DNA of 64,000 nucleotides from an uncultured delta proteobacterium (GCA_963842925.1 CAWJIL010000017.1:5423-69422), one strand, 5' to 3'; shown: positions 1 to 9,983, numbered from the stretch's first letter. Notes: generated from the sequence alone by a model not told the origin. Numbers and translations are program-made.

Positions 1-332
1 GCTCCGCCGGATCTTTTTTTATGTGGTCGAAGACAGAACACCACGGGTTTACCCGTGGATGAATGAGCCCGGTGGTGGTATAATACCATCATGGACTATA
101 TAAAAACAGCTCATAGCGTATACTATCTTCAGTACCATGTAGTTTGGGTTTGTAAATACCGCCGCCGGATCCTGAATCCTGGCATATGCGGCTATATTCG
201 AAAGCTCTTGCCGAAGCTGCTTCGAAGTATGCCCGGCGTTAAACTGGAGACGATTGGCTTTGATAAGGATCATCTGCATATGGTAATGTCGATACCGCCG
301 AAATATAGTATTGCCTCGGTCATGGGAAAACT

Positions 333-965
333 GAGTCTCCACCCGCAGAGCGGGTGGCCTCAGGAAGCCCCCCAGAGGGGGGCGATGACATTGGGAAAGC
401 CCCGTTGGGGCTATTTATTCTCATCAAATTCTAACTCCAATTGTTCTTTTTCGTTCTTTTCTTGCTCACGAATGTATTTGCGTATGGTTTCTTCATCCAA
501 TCCAACTGTGCTGACACAATATCCTCTGGCCCAAAAGTGCAGGCCAGATACCCGTTTCTTGCCCAATACGTTCCGATGGATCAGTACCGCACTCTTGCCT
601 TTCAGAAATCCAATCACAAAAGCTATGCTGTACTTTGGCGGAACGCTTAAACACATATGGATATGGTCTGGCATCAAATGCCCTTCCAGCAACTCCACTC
701 CTCGTTGGCGACATAAATCTCGTAATATTTCACCAACTCGATTCCGAAATTTTCCGTACAGCTTTTTCTTGCGATACTTGGGAACAAATACAATATGGTA
801 TTTGCAATCCCATCTTACATGCGATAAACTTGTCCAATCATGCATAGGTAATTCCTCCTGTCTGCCCTTCGGGGCTTTCCCGGGGAATTACCTATATTAT
901 TTCTCACCGGATCGGTAGAACCTATCCGGGTCCTCCACCAGAGGTGGAGGGCTTAGATCAAAACT
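333..965 (-). mobile_element. IS200/IS605-family insertion sequence (inner copy, ~633 bp) inserted inside the outer tnpA
   Basis: It carries an intact tnpA. Subterminal hairpins are CCACCCGC-AGA-GCGGGTGG, GCCCCCC-AGA-GGGGGGC and AGCCCC-GT-TGGGGCT at the low-coordinate end, and CCTCCACC-AGA-GGTGGAGG at the high-coordinate end. The hexamer AAAACT occurs at both junctions (327-332 and 960-965). Confidence 0.8.
411..845 (-). CDS. tnpA: IS200-type Y1 (HUH) transposase TnpA, intact, 144 aa
   Basis: HVRWDCKYHIVFVPKYRKK, the HUH motif HIHMCLSVPPKYS, and the catalytic Tyr region FWARGYCVSTVGLDEETIRKYI. Confidence 0.93.
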   Translation of the reverse strand: MHDWTSLSHVRWDCKYHIVFVPKYRKKKLYGKFRNRVGEILRDLCRQRGVELLEGHLMPDHIHMCLSVPPKYSIAFVIGFLKGKSAVLIHRNVLGKKRVSGLHFWARGYCVSTVGLDEETIRKYIREQEKNEKEQLELEFDENK

Positions 966-1264
966 AAAAAGCCAATCGTCGTCTCACCTCCGCAAATCTT
1001 TTTCATGGCTGACCAAAGTGTATTGGAATGAGAACATAGTCTGGTCGCCGGGTTACTTCGTGAGCAGCGTAGGCGTCGATGAAGAAAGGATAAAGAAGTA
1101 CGTCGAACTTCAAGGGCGCCAGGATTTAGGTCAGCTTCAACTGAAGCTGTAATATGTTTAGGACCCCGGGCATGCCCGGGGGAATCTATCAACGGGTATC
1201 ATGGCTGAATCTGATTTCCGCCCAAATTCCAAGGCGACTTCCAGTATTCTGAATTTGATGCTTC

Positions 1265-1291
1265 ACCGCAACTTGCTGCGGATAATTAGAC
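1265..1291 (+). repeat. Copy of a dispersed hairpin repeat (stem-GCAAGC-like centre followed by an A/T-rich tail)
   Basis: CCGCAACTTGCTGCGG followed by ATAATTAGACC. It is related to the copies at 1994, 37020 and 37088. Confidence 0.5.
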
Positions 1292-1678
1292 CTAACAGTG
1301 ATTAAGTAGGCTTTCTATCTGGAGGATTTCTTCAGGCTTGTTCTATACTTCTCACCTTAAATCACTTTTTGAGAGTTTGAATCTATCCTTAAAATCTGAC
1401 TCAGAGTTTAAATAAATTTAACATATCAAACATCAAATGTCAAATGATTGTTTAAAAAAAAATTATTCAACACCGATTATCACAGATGGCTAAAGCGACA
1501 CAATGGTATCCCATTTTAGACGCAACTATAGTAGCCTCATCAACTGTTTTTGGTAGGTCGGATGGGTATTGGGGGTTGCATGTGTTTGAAGGGTGGATAT
1601 GTTATTGTTTGAAAGATGATTTCTGTATTGATGATTAGGTAACCAAATTTGTAGAAAGTCTGAAGGAGATTATCAATT

Positions 1679-1921
1679 ATGCTTAAAATAGCCAAACAAA
1701 CAAAGTTAGTTCCTGAAGAAGTTATAGATCGGGCATTGAAGTTTTTCGGTAAAGGCGGTTGGGGATTAGAAGAAAAAGGCCGGAATCCATGTTGTATTTC
1801 ATTTGAAGGTAGTGGAGGTCATGTGTCCATTTCAATTGATGATAAAGAAAAACATAGGATAGTAGATCTTGAAACTAGAGAATTTGAATACCCAGCTAAA
1901 AAGTTTCTGGAAAAACTTTGA
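1679..1921 (+). CDS. Hypothetical small protein (80 aa)
   Basis: An ORF with GAAGGAG upstream of the ATG. I recognise no family. Confidence 0.55.
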   Translation: MLKIAKQTKLVPEEVIDRALKFFGKGGWGLEEKGRNPCCISFEGSGGHVSISIDDKEKHRIVDLETREFEYPAKKFLEKL

Positions 1922-1993
1922 TTAATAATACCCTTTCCACGACATTTAAAATGAACCTCCCCGGGGTATCAATCTATCATTTTTGATCTTTTT

Positions 1994-2020
1994 CGCGGCA
2001 AGCCGCGAGGAATTAAACCC
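1994..2020 (+). repeat. Copy of the dispersed hairpin repeat
   Basis: CGCGGCAAGCCGCG followed by AGGAATTAAACCC. Confidence 0.5.
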
Positions 2021-2743
2021 GAACCGAGATTAAATTGGATGCATATTCAACTATTATTATCCTATCCTTGAGTTCCAATCCGCGGCCAAAAATCAACCAT
2101 ACCCATCGTAAGCATCAGCGGCATATCAAGATTTTGTGGTTGCTGGGTTGTTGCTGAAATCTGCGATTGCTTTTTGAAATCACAGGCAAAAAATCCACCG
2201 AATTTCTTTTGATTTCTCCAACTCATCAACGGTTTAGGAAAAACTGTGATACCATCATTTCACAGTCAGCGAATCCTATTTTCAAAAAGTTGTGTTTTTG
2301 TATTATCAACCCTTCGGAATTGACCAGAAATTGAAATGACCGCCTATTAGGATTACCGGAAGAAATCTTCTTAATTCGACCACTGCCGAAATATAGGTGA
2401 TTACATCATCCCCGGCGATACCTCCCAGGTAGATTTGTAACAGCACCTTTGAAACCACTGTGGTATAAAACTGCTTAGAAAATTGGATTAATCTTGACCT
2501 CTATGTAACGGCATGTCCAAAGAGATTGCTTCCTGTAATCATGAAAGCTGATCATTATCAGAAAGGGAATTTGAAGCAGACGTCAAACCTCATCAGATGA
2601 ACATTTCTATTATTATCATGGCATATGGCAATTTCCGATGGCCGCCATCGACAAATTCGGGAAAAAAAGCAAAACCACTATATCTTGGGGTTGGGGGATA
2701 TCCGGTAAAACCGTTGATTACGCTAATAAGTCTTCAAACCGAA

Positions 2744-3427
2744 ACACCGGGTAGCCGGGGGCCATTGCTGGCCCCAAGCCCCCTAAGAACTGTGCGTGAT
2801 AGTTTCCCATCACACAGCTCAAGCCCTTCAAAAGCCAGCCTCGGCATAGAGGCGACCCAGTGATCGGGAATGCCGATCACCTTTGCGATACACACTGGCA
2901 GCCAAAACCCAATCGGGGAAGAGCGCATGGCTCACCGTTAAGTGGCCTCATTTGCTTTCCCTTCTAAAATCGGTTCTGTCAGCTTTCTCGCAACGAAGCA
3001 CCCGATGGACGTCAGCCCCCTTGCAGGTCGGGTAATATCGAGTCTAAGACCCTCAACCCGTATCCACCCCATTACAAGATGGCCTTCGCTTCTTCCATCA
3101 TCTCTCCCCATACCTCCAACAGCATGCCTTACGGTTAGCCTGCCCAAAGGGCGAAGGCATGGGGTTACCACGTTCCACGTATCCGACAACAAATACCTTA
3201 GGTCCACTCTGTCTACCGGTGGGAATACTGCCCGCGTCGGACGTTCACAGATCCATCCGAACCACCCACTTACCTTTTGGTTCAAGCCTTACAGCTCCTT
3301 TGGCTTGTTCATCTTCACGGCAGTTACGAGTGTTCACTTATGTTAACCATAGTATCCTATCCTAACCCCTCACCCGGATGGAGCTTCCAGGAGCGTTTCC
3401 ACCTCACGGCTTCCACACCGTTCGCAC
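2744..3427 (-). mobile_element. ORF-less group II intron (~680 nt), non-IIC type
   Basis: On the minus strand the 5' end reads GTGCGAACGG (from 3427). A canonical 34-nt domain V, GAGCUGUGUGAUGGGAAACUAUCACGCACAGUUC, lies at 2787-2820 with an AGC triad, a 2-nt bulge and a GAAA loop. It is followed by a domain VI-like helix GGGGCC-AGCAAU-GGCCCC with a bulged A at ~2752. There is no room for an intron-encoded protein. The many overlapping short ORFs in all frames here are typical of structured RNA. The 3' end is approximate (+/-10 nt). Confidence 0.75.
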
Positions 3428-3770
3428 AGGCGAACTTCAGCGCATTGTCAGGAAGGCTTCATACCCGTCAAGGATGCACCTTGAGCGCATGCTTCCATAG
3501 GATTGCAGCGACGGGACACTGAGTTCAGACAAAGGCGAACTGCCTTCGCTGAACAGTCAAAATACGCGACTTCGTGTCGCAACTTTGATGTATGGAGACA
3601 AGTCCAACTATCCGACAATTAGGGGATTTGTCAGATACCATCTGGTCATCACCAAGGTATCACGGAGGGCCTATCAATGCAAGATTTGGCCTGTTGTGAT
3701 TATTTTCGCACACCGGTAATATTTTAGGGCTATGATAACTGCAACTTTATTGGAGTGAACATCGGTTTAC

Positions 3771-4160
3771 TCAATTATCTCGATCGCTGTTATTGTCTGT
3801 TTCTTTATATCCCCATTTGCCATGTTCATCTATAAACGAATTCAACACCCAACTAACAATACTTATCAAGAGTGAACCAGATAAAGCAGGCCAAAATCCA
3901 TCGAGCTCGAAACCGGAAATTACACCTGAAGCCATCAATAATAAAATTGCGTTTATCACAAAGGTAAAGATCCCTAAAGTCATGATATTTAGTGGCAGGG
4001 TCAGCATGATTAATATCGGTCTAAAAAAGGCATTAAGGATCCCCAATATGGCAGCTGCAGAGAGAGCAGACAAAAACCCAGTCACACGTATTCCATTAAG
4101 CAGATAAGATGCGATTATGATAGCAATGGTTAAAACAAACCACTTTATAAAAATACCCAT
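3771..4160 (-). CDS. DUF360 / phage-holin-family-4 type membrane protein (YvlD-like), 129 aa
   Basis: Four TM segments with the characteristic LNAFFRPILIMLTLPLNIMTLGIFTFVINAILLLMAS...GFELDGFWPAL. Confidence 0.85.
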   Translation of the reverse strand: MGIFIKWFVLTIAIIIASYLLNGIRVTGFLSALSAAAILGILNAFFRPILIMLTLPLNIMTLGIFTFVINAILLLMASGVISGFELDGFWPALSGSLLISIVSWVLNSFIDEHGKWGYKETDNNSDRDN

Positions 4161-4360
4161 ATAGTATCTCCTATTTATCCATTAATTTTATCCCTCATAC
4201 TATTAACCAGGGCCGAGGACTTCTTGCCATATTGCTTTGTCATCAGATCCAAATAACCAGCGCGGTTTACAATAGATAGTGTTGATTTTTAGAAAATAAT
4301 GAATCAGGAAAAGCCGAGGTGTGTTTGAAAATCAGGTTTGGTTCAAATCTGATTCATAAC

Positions 4361-4567
4361 TCAAAACATACTATCAGAATATCTAACAGCACGCAACATC
4401 CCTTGATCTTCAGGATCATTAGAGATGAACCTTTCATCTTTTAAGCGTTCTAATAATAGGTCTTCAGGCGTGAAAGCTACATATAACCTGTCCTGATCAT
4501 CAGTTCCCCTTGTCTCTAAAGATCGCCAGAAAAGGTCATATATGACCATTCGGTTGCCCATGGCCAT
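4361..4567 (-). CDS. Hypothetical protein (68 aa)
   Basis: ORF only, with no recognisable motif. Confidence 0.3.
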   Translation of the reverse strand: MAMGNRMVIYDLFWRSLETRGTDDQDRLYVAFTPEDLLLERLKDERFISNDPEDQGMLRAVRYSDSMF

Positions 4568-5029
4568 ATTTGGTTGGCGACCGATGACCTGACTGGGGAT
4601 ACGTATCTATCTGTTTGATCATATAAGTCAATATGTTAGGTGAGATTCGACAGGAGTTCGGAAAACTGGCATTAAAGGTGCAATAACTAGTAAAATAACA
4701 AAGATAACAAAACGCACTACAGTACGAATCGACCGGTAACACCTTCCGGACAACAAACAAAAACATGAAGGAGGATGAACAACGACTGACATGCCAAAAA
4801 GAGACGTAACCGGTGAATGTGAAGGTGAATGCAAAGACCAGGTTTCTATACTCGAGAAAAAACAACAGGAAAAATTAGACGCAGAGGGGATGAAACATTC
4901 CACGGCCGAAACACCTGCAGTAGAGCATGCCAAAACACGAGACAATGTACCGGGTGACTTGGGGGGGCGGGGGCATGTGTGATTCCCTGAACGCAGTCCG
5001 ACACCAAAGACATCATTAGGAGGCAAAAA

Positions 5030-5197
5030 ATGGCTAAAAAAGGAGAGGTCTACAAATGTGAACTGTGTGGGAATGTTGTGGCCGTGCTCGTCGGCGGTGA
5101 CGGTGACCTGGTATGCTGCGGGGAAGACATGCAGTTGATCAGCGAAGCGGAGTCAAAGGAATTCCTGACCGGCTTACCTAAAATCGGTGTGAGTTAG
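5030..5197 (+). CDS. Desulforedoxin-like small Fe(Cys)4 protein (55 aa); below the ORF-track size cutoff
   Basis: My translation is [55 protein letters not shown]. The YKCELCG...LVCCGEDM signature matches desulforedoxin and the Dfx N-domain. AGGAGG lies 7 nt upstream. Confidence 0.8.
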   Translation: MAKKGEVYKCELCGNVVAVLVGGDGDLVCCGEDMQLISEAESKEFLTGLPKIGVS

Positions 5198-5354
5198 CCA
5201 CCGGTAGCACGTTTATCACCAAGCCCATCACGAACAGTGCCGCTGCAGCAATATTATACTGTCGCTGTTCGTATTCATGGGTCAGTTTATGCCGCCTCGT
5301 ATTGCAAGTCAAATCCAAATCATTTTCCTAATCGATTAAATAAAGGAACTACTA

Positions 5355-5714
5355 ATGATTGACCAAAACATTTTGTGCCAAAAAATACGCGAGCTATACC
5401 CGGATATTGGTGAGTGTGGTATTGATGTCTCCACCGAATATGACCAGGGACAAAAAGCCTGGGTCGTTTATTTAAAAAAAGACAATCAGGAGTTGAAAAC
5501 CTACCTGGATGACGGCGACACCGAGAAGTGCATACTCGGAGAGATGTGTGTTGGGTTGAGTGTTATGGTTGCGCAGTTACGGGCAAACATTGAAGCGTTG
5601 GCCGGAGAACAAACGCTGTCTGAGCCGTCGGTCTGCACGAAAGCGCCCGAGATGGCCGAACACCAACGCTTTGACGATATGGACGAGCCTTGTGATGACG
5701 GCCGTTCCGGTTAG
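5355..5714 (+). CDS. Hypothetical protein (119 aa)
   Basis: An ORF with AAGGAA upstream. The C-terminus is acidic and Cys-containing. No family recognised. Confidence 0.6.
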   Translation: MIDQNILCQKIRELYPDIGECGIDVSTEYDQGQKAWVVYLKKDNQELKTYLDDGDTEKCILGEMCVGLSVMVAQLRANIEALAGEQTLSEPSVCTKAPEMAEHQRFDDMDEPCDDGRSG

Positions 5715-5829
5715 TCCGAATCGGCATTGTAGCATCTATTTGATTTGAACCGCGAGGATTTGTTGAATACGGGATAGATTGTCCCACAAATCGTTGAACG
5801 CATATCGCGTAATTTCCCCAGAAAATATA

Positions 5830-6129
5830 TTAAAAATTGTGTGTTTGGGTTGAATTAGGCGATGTAAACCGTCTTGATGTTGACGCTGATTCCGCGCTGA
5901 TGACCGCCTGAATAAGAAATCTTTGAGGAGGGATAAGCTCTTTCAAGCCATGGGTATACCCCTCATAGTCTTTGACATAAAAAGAGAACAATCCACGGAT
6001 TTCAACCCGATCTCCCTTTTCGAGTGTGCTGGCCATCTGATCGAAAAAGATTGATACAAGTTTTGCTGCTTCAACTTTAGAAATATCATTGGTGGTGCTG
6101 AGAGTCTGGATGAGGTCGATTTTGTTCAT
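5830..6129 (-). CDS. HU/IHF-family DNA-binding protein with an aberrant C-terminal half
   Basis: MNKIDLIQTLS...SKVEAAKLVSIFFDQMASTLEKGDRVEIRGLFSFYVKDY is a typical HU/IHF N-terminal half. The beta-arm motif (GRNPKTGE..., PxFK.GK) is missing and is replaced by HGLKELIPPQRFLIQAVISAE. The start is taken at the internal MNK, not at ORF start 6234. Confidence 0.6.
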   Translation of the reverse strand: MNKIDLIQTLSTTNDISKVEAAKLVSIFFDQMASTLEKGDRVEIRGLFSFYVKDYEGYTHGLKELIPPQRFLIQAVISAESASTSRRFTSPNSTQTHNF

Positions 6130-6278
6130 ATGGTTCCCTACTTTGATAATCGCTTTTGGTCGGATAAAAAATATCAATAAATTTAAAACAGTGTGACCGG
6201 ATCTGTCAAACACATGTGTTAATCTGCATTTCAAAATATGGTGAAACAGCGTTCTAATAATAAAAGGAGGGTATCAAA

Positions 6279-6467
6279 ATGAGAAAGCATGAACTGCATA
6301 CCGAGTACCAAGACCATTTTGAATATTTTGGTAACACCGAGATTGAACGAATCCGGAAACAGGGAAGTAAAACATTACGACATGACTGGATCATCTTTAA
6401 TACAGTTGATGAAGCAATGGAATATTTCAATGATAGGTGCGGAGAGTTTGTGGGTTATTATTTTTGA
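6279..6467 (+). CDS. Hypothetical small protein (62 aa)
   Basis: A strong RBS, AAAGGAGGG, lies 7 nt upstream of the ATG. Confidence 0.6.
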   Translation: MRKHELHTEYQDHFEYFGNTEIERIRKQGSKTLRHDWIIFNTVDEAMEYFNDRCGEFVGYYF

Positions 6468-6928
6468 AAATATCTCGACCCAATTTGCATTCTTCAAGAA
6501 CATACCCCCACCCTAGAAAAAATAATGAAATATAGAATGGGTTACGGGTATAGTTATATCCTCTAGTTTGAACGAGTTCCGATTTTTTCTCTGTACCCGC
6601 CAGTGGCGAATCATTAAACACCTGATCAAATTCTCCTTTTCCACGGATCTTTTTAATATTTTGATGGATTTTCCGCCCTGGATAATTCAAATAACGTTAC
6701 ATTTCCGTTTGCAATGAAGGTAACCTTTTTGATCCAGTCATCTCGTCCATATATATGCTACGGTTACCACGTTACACAGCACCACCAGAGTATTGTCAAG
6801 CGTTTAGATACACAAGACCCTTTGAGTTAAAACCACAACTTGGAATGTTAACAATTAAACTATAACCTAAGTTAGATTATTATTCTTGAACCTCTTACTG
6901 TTATTTCACTCTAAAAAGGAGAAGATTA

Positions 6929-7171
6929 ATGAAAACTTGTGCTATGTTAACGCTATCAGTTTTATTGGCTCTCTTTACAGTTAATAACGCTTTTGCTGGG
7001 GCTGCAATTAAAATAGGTTTTGACTTGGAAGGCGAACACGAGATTGATGGGGAAGGTTTCAATGGGACAGAAGATGTTGATACGGGAATTTCAGTGTCTG
7101 GAGAAGTTTTTACTTCGATAGGTAAGAACATGGATATTGGAGGTGGGATAGTCATAATATTTCTTAATTAA
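6929..7171 (+). CDS. Secreted small protein; possibly the truncated N-terminus of an outer-membrane beta-barrel protein
   Basis: Signal peptide MKTCAMLTLSVLLALFTVNNAFA, a Gly/Asp-rich beta-strand-like sequence, and RBS AAAGGAG. Confidence 0.5.
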   Translation: MKTCAMLTLSVLLALFTVNNAFAGAAIKIGFDLEGEHEIDGEGFNGTEDVDTGISVSGEVFTSIGKNMDIGGGIVIIFLN

Positions 7172-7221
7172 TGGCAGAGATGAAAAGACATTGGGGTTGC
7201 TGCTCAAGTTGATAATTTTAA

Positions 7222-7488
7222 TATAGCTATGCTTATTACAATAAAGGCAACTACGACCAGGCTATTGAAAATTATAGCAAGGCCATAGAGATAGACCCAA
7301 GATTGGCTGTGGCTTACTATTATCGGGGGATTGCTAATTTTTTTTATAAAAAATATGAAAAGGCGTGGGGTGATGTCTATCAGGCACAAGTCTTAGGTTA
7401 TAAAGTTCCCCCGGGATTCCTCAAGATCTTTCGCAATGCCAAAGGCACCATAGTTGATCTTGATCTATTTGCTATTGAGCTGCCCTAA
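7222..7488 (+). pseudogene. C-terminal fragment of a TPR-repeat protein (no start codon)
   Basis: The open frame from 7222 reads YYNKGNYDQAIENYSKAIEIDPRLAVAYYYRGIANFFYKKYEKAWGDV, which is two TPR units. A TAA lies immediately upstream and there is no plausible N-terminus. Confidence 0.6.
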
Positions 7489-7667
7489 ATCTGCCCTTTT
7501 AAAGGTGCAGATAGCTGGTACCAACTCATCAACAGTATAGGGGTCTTCTATAAAGCTGTGATACTCCATTGTCAATTCTGGCTTCGGTTGTTATTGATGG
7601 GGGATTTAGCTGTTTTTAATTTGAACAGATAACCATTTGGATAAATCTTGGAGGAGGTTTGTCTCAT

Positions 7668-8024
7668 TTAGCGATTTTTCTTATATACCAAGGTTTCAAC
7701 TATACTTATAATCAACGCACACTCAAGTCCGAATGGGAGATATCCTGCATATCCCAAAATAGGCATCTCAAACACTTGGAAACGGTGTACAAAAGGAATA
7801 CTGTATTCCCACTTCGCATAACTGTAATAATTCCACATTTCCCAAAAAAATCCACATGCTAAAGCTGATAGAGAAAATGAGACCACCTTGACCCAATTCC
7901 CTTTAGAAAAATCTTTTAAAATATGTGGTTCCCCTAAGATAATCTGAAGGCAAACAACAATTAATAAAGGAGACATCCAAAGCAAGGGGAAAAGGTAGTC
8001 TGGTAAAATTCCTATAAAAGCCAA
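7668..8024 (-). CDS. Hypothetical integral membrane protein (118 aa; TTG start, possibly a fragment)
   Basis: Several TM segments and FWEMWNYYSYAKWEYSIPF. No family assigned. Confidence 0.45.
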   Translation of the reverse strand: MAFIGILPDYLFPLLWMSPLLIVVCLQIILGEPHILKDFSKGNWVKVVSFSLSALACGFFWEMWNYYSYAKWEYSIPFVHRFQVFEMPILGYAGYLPFGLECALIISIVETLVYKKNR

Positions 8025-8272
8025 GCATATGGACTGTACTTGGCATCAAGGATTGCTTGGATATGCCGGTAGGCCGCTAGGTTTTTTGTCAGGCTCAAAC
8101 GCCTGGTTGTGCATATCGCATATTTCATAATTATTGATTTTTTGAGTGCCTTGTTCGAAATTTATCTCTCTAATTGTGCATAAATATTCTGCAATTTTTT
8201 GAATTTTCTTTTTGTTTTATCTTATGGCTTTTGGTGTAAACTAATTTGGAAGATTTGGCCAATCTTATAAAT

Positions 8273-8605
8273 TTAATCAATAAATTTACCAATGATGCTA
8301 TGCTGTAGCTTAATTTCATGAATAAGCCGATCATTATTTCGTATCCTTATTATTGAACGAATAATCAGATACACGCCTAAAATGACTAAAACAAGATTGA
8401 GTATTCCTATCGGAATGAGAAAATGCACAACGTGAAGGGCATCATAAAATTTTGAGGTAGCTATCAATACACTCATAACCGACAGAGGTAAGGCTAATAC
8501 AGTTATACCTGCCCTCATAGTAGCTAATGATGTGCGCTTTTCTGCTAAAAGCAGTTGAATCTCATTGATTATTATTGCATCACTTTCAGCTTCTTCGTTT
8601 TTCAA
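8273..8605 (-). CDS. DUF202 (YidH-like) membrane protein
   Basis: LLLAEKRTSLATMRAGITVLALPLSV followed by two TM helices, the usual DUF202 layout. Confidence 0.65.
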   Translation of the reverse strand: MKNEEAESDAIIINEIQLLLAEKRTSLATMRAGITVLALPLSVMSVLIATSKFYDALHVVHFLIPIGILNLVLVILGVYLIIRSIIRIRNNDRLIHEIKLQHSIIGKFID

Positions 8606-9034
8606 ATTGAACTCCTTTTAAAAAACTTCTTTGTTGCACAACATTAATATTAATAGGTTCTATTTTTAACCATTGTGGTAGAGAAATACGGTAAAAATCC
8701 AATAGAAATTTCGCATTTTTCGCCCAACAAATCTGCTTTTTATCAAAAATATCCGAATTATATAGAATCTACATAATCCTTGAGATTTATTATTCAGAGG
8801 CGATTGCAGATGAATGGAGAGAGATCAAGAATATCAGTCTACCCAGATAACGGTGTTTTCAGAGCATATCTGCAATCTGATCCCACATCAATTCCGTTAC
8901 AGATAACTCATTTCTTACAAAAATGCAAAAAATGGAAGAATCCGTCAATTGGATTTCCCTATATAAGCCCAACTCAGTCCTCAGTTATAAATGCATGCTG
9001 TTTGGATTTTCATCGTCGTAAGTGCGCCTTGATT

Positions 9035-9817
9035 TCAGCAATTGGCATCATGGCAAATTTTCTTTTCTGTATGATCGTTAAAAGATTGTTGCTGAAGAAA
9101 ACCTGCACGATAGAGCAGAAAGAGCATTTCGATCTGACTAGTGATGGCTGTGATTAGAATATTTTCTTCTTCTGAAAGAGGTATTGCGGGCAATATACAA
9201 ACCGTCAGCAAATCAAGGTTCTTTTGGCACGTATCAATCTTTCTCAGTCCTTCGCTCGGGCGATCTTCGAGGATTTCTCGATTTCCCATGCAAGCCGATG
9301 GAAGAACGTTTTTTGGGCGCACGGCGGTGTATTCTTTGATGGTTCGGCCGTTGCATCGACTAATTATACGGACGACAACCCACGGGGTTCCAGCAACGGT
9401 CATGGCTTTGGCAGCCAGGTGATCGATGAACAGATTGAACTCTCTTTTGGTCTGTGGGTAATGCTCTACACCACAGAGAATGGACCGAATCTCCTGCAAT
9501 TCAACATTAATTATGCCGATATAGCTGAATGCATCCGTCAGACGGGATACCAGTCGGGATTTTTCCTCACCGGCACGGCCGACTACAAGCTCGTGGTCTT
9601 TGAGCGTGTGCTTGAACCCTCGTAAAATAAAATAGGAAATTCCGAACAGAATAACTATCAGCGAGGTTTCAAGGATTCCTTCTTCGATTATGATATCCCG
9701 GGCCAATAATAACTCACGCTGAATAATCAGCGGCATAACGATAACTGACAGCAGCAGAAAAACTAAGGCTCCAAGATAAAGAACAATGAGACATTTGAGT
9801 TTTTGAACGCTCTGCAT
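9035..9817 (-). CDS. Hypothetical membrane-anchored protein at the end of signalling cluster A
   Basis: Two N-terminal TM helices followed by a soluble domain. The start is taken at MQSVQKL; the ORF extends to 9892. Confidence 0.6.
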   Translation of the reverse strand: MQSVQKLKCLIVLYLGALVFLLLSVIVMPLIIQRELLLARDIIIEEGILETSLIVILFGISYFILRGFKHTLKDHELVVGRAGEEKSRLVSRLTDAFSYIGIINVELQEIRSILCGVEHYPQTKREFNLFIDHLAAKAMTVAGTPWVVVRIISRCNGRTIKEYTAVRPKNVLPSACMGNREILEDRPSEGLRKIDTCQKNLDLLTVCILPAIPLSEEENILITAITSQIEMLFLLYRAGFLQQQSFNDHTEKKICHDANC

Positions 9818-9983
9818 AGCTTTCCAAGATTTAATGATCCATAAGCCACAAAAACTATGATATCTTCTTCTTAAGGGTTCGTACGGAGACAAGAGATTGA
9901 TGCCTTATCTTCATATTCACCGTTCTGGTAATAGATTGAAGTATGGTCTTTTTTGCTCAGTGTATCATGACCATCTACTATCC

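Larger units (their letters stand above)
91..1152 (+). pseudogene. tnpA: IS200-type Y1 transposase TnpA, split by insertion (segments 91-332 and 966-1152)
   Basis: The N-terminal part MDYIKTAHSVYYLQYHVVWVCKYRRRIL...HLHMVMSIPPKYSIASVMGKL stops making sense at ~333. Frame 1 resumes at ~966 with KSQSSSHLRKSFSWLTKVYWNENIVWSPGYFVSSVGVDEERIKKYVELQ and a stop at 1150-1152. Joined, this gives a ~142 aa TnpA. The 275 aa ORF in the track is read-through into the insert. Confidence 0.85.
41..1182 (+). mobile_element. IS200/IS605-family insertion sequence (outer copy), itself interrupted by a second IS200-like element
   Basis: Terminal hairpins CCACGGG-TTTA-CCCGTGG (41-58) and CCCCGGG-CATG-CCCGGGG (1164-1182) bracket a split Y1/HUH transposase frame. 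Exact ends are uncertain, and the left flank is close to the window edge. Confidence 0.7.

Noticed and set aside
91-918. 275 aa + strand ORF
   Set aside because: Only the first ~81 codons are transposase. The rest is read-through across the inserted, oppositely oriented IS200 element and runs antisense to its tnpA.
2597-3522. Cluster of overlapping 64-134 aa ORFs on both strands
   Set aside because: They lie inside or next to a structured group II intron RNA. There is no RBS, no family resemblance and mutually overlapping frames.
8036-8056. TTGGCAT-CAAGGA-TTGCT on the + strand
   Set aside because: The spacer is 6 nt instead of 5 nt, and no downstream + strand gene is credible.
8780-9157. 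125 aa + strand ORF
   Set aside because: It overlaps the 3' end of the better-supported minus-strand gene, has no RBS and has an odd composition.
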